64,000 nt of DNA from Octopus sinensis. Its lineage: Eukaryota. Location of the stretch: positions 3,782,001 to 3,846,000 of the forward strand of contig NC_043017.1 in the NCBI RefSeq assembly GCF_006345805.1. The letters are read 5' to 3'. The notes beneath the pieces were generated by a model. The model was not told the DNA's origin and made no database searches. It saw only the letters and a list, made by a program, of their open reading frames with translations. The first letter of the stretch is position 1. Each line of letters starts with the position of its first letter. A program made the position numbers and the translations under genes. Below, piece by piece: positions 11,069 through 22,823 of this stretch.

Positions 11069-13752
11069 CTGCAAAGTAACAAAAAAAAAAGAAGAATATT
11101 GAGAAACCAATGAATAATGAAGAAGATTTATAAATTATTAAGGAGTTTAGTTCCCCCCGCCCCACCTCCAACTAACCCTGTAGTTTTGTTCGGATAGTAC
11201 AATCTGGCGTGTTTATTATGAAACTATACATACGCGTTTCAGTATTGACCGGAAGTCAAAAAATATTCTGTCTCTGCTCTTTAAGCTAGCAAGTTAAAAT
11301 GAAACATTTTATAAGCTATTTTAACTCTACTTGATTTCTTTCACATGTGAATCAAAATGCGTTCTATTTATCGGTATTCGATGTTCCATATAGACTAGTA
11401 ATTTGATTGTGTACTGAAACAAAAACATATCACAATTTTTAAAAGTATCAAATATATTGATACTGGAAGATATAACGTCTCACTCCAAGTCATGTCGACA
11501 GAAAGCATTTATTAAACGCCACACAGCGAGGTCATGAAACATTTGCAAGTTCTAAGGTCACATTCCTCCTGTGACTTAAATCAGTGAACTGTATCAGTTT
11601 TATTACTTACTCTTGATACCCGTAAGCTTTTGGATATTAAGCTTGTTGGAGAAGGAATATCGAAATGGTACTAGCATATTTCCGTTACAGATTCGGTCGT
11701 GCCAGGGAGATATGGATATTACTGAAAGCAGCCCGGGTCAAATGGCTAGATAGATGTTCTCATATTAACTCTCGAAGTGCATGGAATTAGAAAGGGAAAC
11801 GTACTCAAGAGCTATAGGGAGAAATATGGGAGAGAAAATGAGTAATATAGCAACGAATTAGGACACCTTACCTTGCCTTTGTCGTCTATCAAAGTAACTG
11901 TGCATGGCACGGCCATTGTTCCCCATTCAGTGACATCGGAAGATGTGACGCCACCTTGACCAGCACCGTGTCTTGATCCCCAAACCTAGATACGGATAAA
12001 AGAATTAAGGACAGTAGCAACATCATCAACAAACCTAATATTTGTTTGTAACTTAGACACAATGTCAGAACTTTGAACAAGAGTTCATCATTTGTACTTT
12101 ATTTTATAAACTCAAAGTCGTTGACGGGAAAGTTGATTGCAGCCGGATTTGAAGATACAAAATAAAGAGCTGGAAAGCAAGTACCAAATGGTATTTTTCT
12201 TATACCCAAATGATTCTGCCTGGGCAAAACATTTGAAGCAGTAGTAGGTAGGTTGTCTATCGATGTTATCGATCTAACTACTTGATTAGAACTTCATTTC
12301 ATTTATCGGCGGGATTTGATCTAAGTAAGTACAAGGATGGAATAAATAACACTACGTGTTTTTTTCCGCTGCTCTAACAATTTTGCCAATACACGGAATG
12401 ATTAGCAACAGGCTCTTTGACCATAGTTACCGTGTGGTATCCATTATGAATTAACTCCTAATAGTTTTTTATTTAATTAATATAAGCATAATTTGAAGAC
12501 ACGCTCCTCCTCGTCTTCATCATCATCTTCGTCGTAATCATCGTCATTTGGAATATGTTAACATCAACTTTCCCATGCTTACCTGGTCAGATGCAATCGA
12601 AGTAAATTATAACAGTTAACATAACAGGAACAATATAACTAATATTGCTTTACATTGTCATGGGGAATGTCGAGTCCCGGCAATCGATAGATACGAGACT
12701 ATTCTCGTTTCTCGGTCGCGTTCTCCTTTCTCGATTTAAACTGGTGCTTTTAATATCTAATATTTAGTTAATAAACATTATAAAAATAATAATGACTTTT
12801 AGAACAAATACAAACTTACCTTGATCATTTTACCAGAACTAAACAGGTTACCATCCGTAAATTTATGGGTGAAGGTCTTGCCATTGTCTTGAGATTGGAT
12901 CAATGTCCAGTTTTTCAGGTTTGTTGATCCCTACGATTAAAAAGAGAATAGAATATGCAATATTCGATAGGTAAAATAAGATTTTATAATCATAACGAAT
13001 TATATGAATACTGAATATATCACTGGATTTAACAGAGGCAAAATAGATGTCCACGTTTTCATGTGTATGTTTGGAAGGGTGTGTGGATGAAGATTTCCTG
13101 CCGTTTATATAAGGCAGCGTTACCGAAGAGTTACAGAAGCACAAATTACTACAAATGTGCATAGTAATCAAGCAAAGAAAAATACTAGTGGATGTAAACG
13201 TTTGGTCGACTTAATGTATCCATGTGGAAACGTTGTTAATACGGAATTGGACCCGCTTTCAAATGATGTATGTCAGCAAATCAAAAGAGACAATTGGATG
13301 ATATAGGATGCCAGTTCGCTCACCTTTGGAAACTTAGGATTGTCTTCAAGTTCAATATATCTACCTTCGGATTCCAATTCAAGGATAGATACGGAGCCAC
13401 TTTTAGAGCGGCTGATAGTCATTCTGCCTGGTAAAGAAAATGTCGAGGTATACCATATATAAATATTTACACATACAAATATATATATATATATACACAC
13501 ATACATACATATATATATAGATACATACTCTCTTTTATTCTTTATTCTTTTACTTGTTTCAGTCATGTGACTGTGGCCATGCTGGAGCACCGCCTTTAAA
13601 TCGATCAAATCAACCCCTTGACTTATTCTTTGTAAGCTTAGTACTTATTCTATCGGTTTCTTTTGCCGAACCGCTAGGTTACGAGGACGTAAACACACCA
13701 GCATTGGTTGTCAAGCAATGTTGGGGGGACAAACACAGATACACAAACATAT

Positions 13753-13796
<44 letters not shown>

Positions 13797-13865
13797 TATA
13801 CATAATATATATATATATATACATATATATTATACATATATATACATATATATATATATATACAC

Positions 13866-13906
<41 letters not shown>

Positions 13907-16471
13907 TATACATATATATATACATATATACGACGGGTTTCTTTCAGTTTCCGTCTACCAAATCCACTCACAAGGCTTTGGTCGGCCCGAGGCTATAGTA
14001 GAAGACACTTGTCCAAGGTTCCACGCAGTGGGACTGAACCTGGAACCATGTGGTTGGTAAGCAAGCTACTTACCACACAGCCACTCCTACGCTTACGTGT
14101 ACATATATATTGTTTCGATAGTGAATATTTTTAGTATTGCTTCGGTTTTGAACGTTTTGATGAGAGATGCATTAAATATATCACAATTACTGCTTTTGCT
14201 TCGTTTATATTGTAGGGTTTAGAATTGATGAACATGTCTGATTTCTCATATTTTATTTGAAAAATATAGATATATACATATATACATAGACATTTATACA
14301 CATACTTTACATATACGTTTGTATACAAACTATGCATATGTATGTGTATATGAAGAGGTACAGGATATATATATATACATATATTCAAACAAGGACATAT
14401 GTTCACAATTAAAGCTAGCTTCCCTTGTGTCTCTGAGAACCTAATTTATGTAATAACCTGCTCGGGTTGCGGGCACAGCTACATTGGCCAGAAAGGTATG
14501 ACCTTGAGAAAGAGAACCACTCTACGTAAAGAGCAAATCTGTTTCCCGCAATACAGGCAAATTCCTTTCACTGAACATATAGAAAAATGTGCAGATAACA
14601 TCAAACACCAAATTTCACAGTCTTCCCTTTCTACTAGTGCAAAAACACAATCTCTCCACAAGAACGTTTAAATAAAGAAACTTTTTTTCATTGAAAAATA
14701 CAGAACACGTCTTAATATGCATGCATAACCAACTGTTATCTTTTTACATATTTTAATTCCCGATTACATCTCTGTACATAAATCCCCTCACTAAACAAGT
14801 TTTTCGAAACTTCTTCTTTGCATGTACATATATATTCCCCTCCCCTTACAGAAAGCTGAACAGTTAACTTCCTTGCCCACAACAATAACAATAATAACGA
14901 TAACAAATTACCTCCCCTTATTTTTCTACTTATGTAGTCATTCACTCGTAAATATCATCACAAACACAACATGGACAAAATTTCTTCTTAAGAAAATACA
15001 TATTCAAATAAATAAACCATTATATCATGAACAGCGAAAGCGAAACCGGTCGACATATGAAAAATTATATAAAAACTATGTAAAGTGTGTGTATTAGTTT
15101 AACGCTCGGAAAGTGAGAAAGACTTTTACGTTTCGAGCCTACGCTCTTCAGCAGAAAGGAACACAGAAATAAACAGAATGAGAAATTAAAATATATATAT
15201 ATCTATATAATATACAGAAGAGAAATGCAACTCACTTGCTGATTGGAGTGCAGCTGCTAGTGCAGACTCAGCCTCTGTTTGACGTCCACTAAAACTGGTC
15301 ATCATTGAAGACACCCTGCAAAAGAAAAATACATTTCATGTAATGGCACAAATGATATGAATGGCTATGTACATATAACGAATCATCGTCTCCAACAAGA
15401 TGAAGTTTGTTTCGTATTTGCTGTCGTGGTTTGTTGAGTTTCAACTTTAGTTTAGCCGAGACAGAAAAGGCTCGTGTTGGGAAAAGGTAATCTCGTCGTA
15501 TTCTTTGTCGGTATTTAATACCCATGTCTGTCCTTGTTTGTCCCCTCTGTGTTTAGCCCCTTGTGGGTAATAAAGAAATAGGTATATATCGTTCAATTTG
15601 CGTTTCTTGCACAAAAGTGTAGCGCGGGAACATATTGAAATCTGGCTGCCTTTTCTATCAGATCTAGCAAACCATGATTTTACAAACCGGGTAATTGTGA
15701 TATGCGAAATTAAAGATGTCAGAGACTCAGAACGGTAAAAAAATTCAGTCGCTATTTTGTGTGTTTGGTGTGAGTATTGTTGTGCGTGTGAGTGTGTGTG
15801 TGAGAGCGTGTGTGTATGTGTGTGTGTGCGTACGTGTTAATGGACATGTTTCCCATGTTCATATTGGTTATTAGTGATATTGTGGTGTGATTTGTAGTGT
15901 TGTAGAATAATATGCTGCACTTTTGTTGATGATTTTTAATGTATATGCGAGTGATTTCCATTTGTTCGTTATGTGTAAGTGTATTACGGTGAGAATAGGG
16001 AGGTGGAGGGAAAGAAACGTGGATGTTGTTTGCTATGCAGTTGTGACAATAAGGTGTAGAGCAGAAGATGAAGTTTTGAGCTGTATCATTGTAGATTCTG
16101 CTTTGTTACAAATGTGATGGCCCCACGCGAATCCCAGTCAATGGCATTTCAACTATCCAGTTCTGTTGTTATCTAATGTTTCACAAGGTATATGCAGAAC
16201 AATATATTTACTGATGACGTGTGCCAAACGCGATCATTCTTGAGGTGCAAGCAAAACGGCGAGAATCTTCATGTTATTCAATGTCAGTTACCTGATCGCT
16301 CTACTTTTGAACTATCTGAGAATATCTCATCCCATTCTGTTCCTTTCTGGTGAAGAGCGTCGGCTCGAAACGTAAAAGTCTTTCTCACTTCCCGAGCGTT
16401 AAACTAATACAGCTGTTTGGTGCTTACACACCTGTCTTCTTCGTCTTTTGTTTTGTTTATTGTTTTGTAAA

Positions 16472-16558
<87 letters not shown>

Positions 16559-17138
16559 ATATATATATATCCCACTCTCTCTCCCTCTCCCCCTCTCCCT
16601 GTTTCCTTCTTTCTCTCATATGAAATCTAAAAGACGAATTTAATTTCATCGCGTGTCTCAAAAGTGTGTCTACGATTCCATCGGAAGGTGAAACCCACGG
16701 AAGAACGGAAAGACTTCCAGAATATTCTTGTTTAAAGCTAAATATTTATTATTTACCTGCCCTCTTCTCCTTCAAGGAGTTTGCGGTACGCTGCAATCTC
16801 CAATTCCAGGGACAGTTTAGTATCCATCAAGTCTTGTAATTCCTTCAACATTTCCTGCAACTCTGAACGCAACGTATTAATCTCGAAATTGTAATTCGCG
16901 GCATCAGTTGCCCGTCCGTTAAGGGCTTCCTCCAATTCCATTTCTAGACCCCTTATTCTACTTTTCAAACTTGATATCTATAAAGACAAGATAAATAATG
17001 CAATTATTAACAAAAAACTATCAAAACACAATTCTTAATCTTATATTATTATTAAGTCTCTCTCCCCCCTCTCTCTCTATACATGCATATATATATACAC
17101 ACACACACACATATATACACACACCCACACACATATAT

Positions 17139-17187
<49 letters not shown>

Positions 17188-17209
17188 TATATACACACAC
17201 ACACATATT

Positions 17210-17278
<69 letters not shown>

Positions 17279-17279
17279 C

Positions 17280-17310
<31 letters not shown>

Positions 17311-17653
17311 TATATACACACACACACACACACATATATATACACACACACACACACATATATATACACACACACACACATATATACACACACACACACA
17401 CACATATATACACACACACACACACAACATATATACACACACACACACACACATATATACCACACACACACACACAACATATATACACACACACACACAC
17501 ATATATATATATAATATATATATATATATATGTATGTATATATATATTATATATATATATATATGTATGTATATATATATATATATGTATGTATATATAT
17601 ATGTATGTATATATATGTATATATGTATGTATATATGTATATATGTATATATA

Positions 17654-17709
<56 letters not shown>

Positions 17710-17898
17710 ACCTCGTGTGTACCGTTGGCGATTTTTTTGCTCTGTCTTCCCTTCTCTGGATCTTTCCTTCTTCTATGTTTCCGACGAAGAGCTCCGCTCG
17801 AAACGTTAAACCCTCCTTCTTTCCTGAGCGTCCAATAATACTATATTTGTTCCACGTCCTCGCGTTTTGTGTTTTTTTGTGCTTTCTTGTTTGGATTA

Positions 17899-17934
<36 letters not shown>

Positions 17935-18720
17935 TAATATTTTTTATAATTAGAGTTCAGCAAAAAAATTTGCTTCACCACATACCGAACTTTAGAAATA
18001 GCAGCCAAAGAACTTAGCTAGTACTTCTACTATAAGAAGAAACTCCCAGACAATATATACTCAAAACAATTCACGTAGGCAGAGAGAAAAAACAACGAAA
18101 TTCATTCGGTATTTGATTACCTGTGGACGCGTTTCGGAGTTAGATCGATATGAAAAATGAAAAATTCACACTTTCACGATTTTAAATTTGAGAGTACTGA
18201 AAAAATTGAACATACCTATCTGATTCAAGTAACATCAGACAAACTATATCCAATGACCAATACCTACGGATTCAAAACATACGAATGAGGTTTCGTATTC
18301 TCCCTTACCCATCCACGTGTGTTGTCGAGTAAAAAAAATTATACAGAAAAAACTGTAGTTTATTATCCGGGAGAGAATTATATTATCAATAATAATAAAG
18401 GGTAAAATTAATTAATTAATAAATAATTAATAATTCCACCAAGTAGTATTCGGCATGTTAAAAGGACCATTTTCGGTAAACTTAAACAACATTTTTTATA
18501 ATTATGAGTATAATCATAATTGGGGTTCAGCAAAAGTTTCTTCTTATAGTAGAAGAAATAGCTAAGTTCTTTGGCTGCTATTTCTAAAGTTCGGTATGTG
18601 GTGAAGCAAATTTATTTTTGTATATATATTCTTTCGTCTGCCTTTATACCGTCTATCTGCGAATGGTTTTAATGTCCTCTATTGCGTTTTTGTTCATTCA
18701 AATATATATATTTTATATAT

Positions 18721-18779
<59 letters not shown>

Positions 18780-18979
18780 TGTGTGTGTGTGTGTGTGTGT
18801 GGTGTGTGTGTGTGTGTGTATATATATACATATGTATACAATATAGATATGTATACACACACACATTTCTACTTTTCATTAGTCATATACATTTGCGTAC
18901 ACATGGAAACATTATATCTATGTAAATACATACATACATATAGAGACACTCATACACTCATATTTATATACAGGTATAT

Positions 18980-19025
<46 letters not shown>

Positions 19026-19105
19026 CCTGGGCTTAAAAAATAGTAGTAATATCCTCATAATCAGGACTACCACTTTACGTTGATAAATCGACTTTACACG
19101 TACAT

Positions 19106-19140
<35 letters not shown>

Positions 19141-19252
19141 CATATATATATACATATATATACATATATACATATACATATATATACATATATACATATA
19201 TACATATATATACATATATACATATATACATATATACACATATATACATATA

Positions 19253-19310
<58 letters not shown>

Positions 19311-19448
19311 TATATGTAAATATCTAGCTGTATGTGCGTGTATACATGTGTGAGTATCATGGTATATATATGAGTAGCTTGCTACCTACCTATCAAACTT
19401 GATAGAGAGAGAGATAGAGAGAGAGAGATAGAGCGATAGAGAGATAGA

Positions 19449-19541
<93 letters not shown>

Positions 19542-22500
19542 TTATGTAATGTTCCTTACCTGGCCTTCATATGCGCCTACTTGACCCGACATATCGCTTG
19601 CTTCCATACGTGAACGCCTGTTTTCAGTCGAGACTCTAGCAGCCGATTCGGGCCTGGCCCCTGCTTTCAGTTTCTGTAACTATTGAGGATAAAAATAAAC
19701 TATAATTAATAAACTTTTTTTTTTTCACATTTGCCTATGGTGAGGGGAATTTGTTGTGTGGACGCCTCCAGACGATGAAGTAGGCTAGCCCAATATGTAG
19801 ATATAGAGGGAAAAGCCTAGACGTCAGTAGACTAGAACAGTTGAGTAGCGGTGAGAGTAGACGAGTAGAGCAGAGTCGAATAGACGTCATCCGAACGTGC
19901 GACATAACAGAATTACAAATGGTTGGAATGTTTTACAAAACTGATGAAGAAGAAACTTGGTTTGAGAAGGAAAAATTACAGAAAAATCTTTCGACTACCC
20001 TTTCATTTTCAAATGATTTGAACGAGAATGAAGGTTTGCCTGAAAACAAAAATGCCTCTCCTTAACAAATTCAAATTTCTATACTGTATATTCAGCCTGT
20101 TTCCCTAACTTGAAGTAGAGACCTCATTATACTTTTCAAAAAAGAAAAAAAATAGCTCAAGATCATACATTTTCGAACTGCCTATCATGACTAAATCTGT
20201 ACCAAAAAATAAATAAATAATAATAATCAGAAATATCAGTGCACAACCAGAGAACTGAATAGATTGTGCAAGACTGAAACAAAAATGATTTCTGCAGTAC
20301 TTTGTGCACTTGGCTTCCTAAAAAACGAAAAATATTGGAATTGAATCTTGCATTGTCAACAGGCAGATGAGTACCATCTTGTATTCTTCAGGATGCTTCA
20401 GAGTTTACAGAACTTGTAATGTCTAAATAATAATCATTCCTACTGTAGGCACAAGGCCTGGCATTTGGGGCCAATGGAGTAACTCTTCGTTTTAAGCTAT
20501 GTTGTTATTTCCACAAATCTCTTTTGCAGCTATATTTTCTAACACTAGACCCTATTTTGTATCCACTTACAAACGTGCATGTCGACACGGACTCATTTAC
20601 AAGTAAAACCGTTCCATCCAAAAATTTACACTGTCATGCGTTTTACACAACTTTTCTAAGTCAGATTTACACAACTTTTCTAAGTCAGATTTACTCTCTA
20701 TAAATGCAATATCGGAGGCTACGGTTGATGATACTGAGCATCATTTCTGAATTACGAGAGCAAATTTGTAGAGAGGGTGTTAGTCGAATAAATTCGATCC
20801 CCTATTAAGATTCCAACAGTTTTAAAGTTTACAAATATCTTTATTCTTTCTATATATTTCTTTACCTGTTCTGCATGTCGACATTCCATCGCCCTAGTAG
20901 CTTCAAGCAACTGAGCCTCATATTCAGCGCTTAAGTCAGCAACCATACCTCCAATTTCGGCCTTCCATGTTTCTTGGAAATCGGGCACCTTCTGTGTTTT
21001 GGATAACATTGCTTGGTATTCTTTGCATTCCTGCAAATAGTAAGGAAAACAAACCAGTAAGTAGAATGGAAATAAAGAATTTTTTTTTATTGAGAAATTT
21101 TCATATTTTTTTTTGTTGAGAAATTTTCATATTTTTAAAACGTAATGCTAAATAGAAATGAACATATGAACATACAAAATTGTTGACAGTAAATTGCTGG
21201 TATATATATCTTATTCGGGGCCAGAGCAGGAATGCTGTCAATATTGAACATTTTTAATATCTTATCAAACGTGCAAACAAGTGTCAGCTGAAGGGCACAT
21301 AGGAGTTGTGACCTGGATGCGCCCCGGCCCCTCATGAGCCGAATCACTTGCCTAAGTAGGGTTTCTTCGCTGAAGACCTTCTGCTGTTCAACTCTCTTGA
21401 GAGTTGCTGACCTGTAATAACAGATAGGTGTAACGGGTAATTTGAGAGATAAGTATTCTCGTTATAGATGAGTGATCAAGCCGTAGATAATCGTAGATTA
21501 CTGGTTCTTTATTTATGGCTGTGCAAGTGGAACTATCTGATTCTCAGAAAACCTTAAAGCATTGTGAAGAAAAATATAACAGAAAATAGTTAAAACTATC
21601 ATGGCAATTATCCTGCAAGAAAATATATCAGGAAAGAGAAAGAAAAATAAAAGCAGCATTACGGCACTATGGACGTCGTTGAGGAAAGCAAGTTCTTCTT
21701 CCAGCATCGCCAGACGGTTTTCTAATTCCAGTCTTTGAGTAGTTTCGCTTTGTAAGTTCTAAAGAAAAGAAAATTACGCTGTTATTATTTTTTATAAAAT
21801 ATCTTTTACGTAAGTATCGAAAATTCATCCCAGATAGAAGATAAAGTACGAAGATAAGAGAAATGTTATTGGTTCGCAAATGAAGTATATTCTGTCGTGT
21901 TTTGTACAATATCATTAGAAGTTTTGCTATATTTTAATAACCGAACTTTTAGAAATCACAAGATTTTATTTACAGAATGACTACGGTAGTTGGCAATGCG
22001 ATATTCTTTACGGATTTATTAACTGTTTCTAGTTTATCAAGGTGGATTAGGTTCAGTATATGGCTACATCTTGTTTTGTTCATTCTATCCATGATCAAGG
22101 TTCCCGAGCAAATGCTAAGTGTCATGGCGTCGCTACAAAAGGACATGGAAGCATCTATTCCTTCAAATGGCGGCCAATCTCAATTTTGTTGTTAAAAAAA
22201 GTTAAAAAAATATTGTGCTTTGAGTAGGAAAATATGATTGAGTAGAAAATAGCATCGTTTTGTAAATGTGTGGTATAGCTGGTACGAAATATTTCTTAAT
22301 CACGTGTCAGATATCGATGGCGTTTATCTCCCTTGTACCTTGCCCTTTGTCTCTGATGTTTTTCTAATCCTTCAATTCTCGCTGCCCCCTACCCCTCTGT
22401 CCTCCTTCCACGTGACCGGTGTCCGGCCAGCCATGATCTTTCTTTCTTGGCCTGACTTCCGACCGCCAACACCACTTGCGTCCTTCTGCTATGTCCTTGC

Positions 22501-22788
22501 CTCTAGGCTTTCACTTCATACACAACAGCTCAACTTGACACTTTTTCAGTCGAAGACACCTGTTGTTATTCTCTTCTTGTTTGTATTTGTAATTGTGTGC
22601 CGTGTTCTCCGTTTTTTTGTCTTTGTTGCCGTACACATTCGCCAGCTTTCTAACAAAAAAATCTAATGCTCTTTGTTTAGACTTTGTGGGGTGGGTTGAG
22701 GCAACCAGTTCGAGCTGTCTCAAGTGTAACTGCCCGAGACTTCTGTACGTATTTGTGTGCCATATTTGAATGTGAGCGTTTATAGAGA

Positions 22789-22823
<35 letters not shown>

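Noticed and set aside
16211-16235. CTGATGA...AAACGCG as a hammerhead
   Set aside because: Lacks GAAA, a stem II and a valid cleavage triplet
19756-19905. Possible solo LTR (TG...CA) in intron 4 of B and C
   Set aside because: Short, with no TSD or PBS/PPT recognised; insufficient support
22300-22720. B-specific insertion, possibly a LINE 5' region
   Set aside because: No recognisable protein motif or termini; cannot be classified
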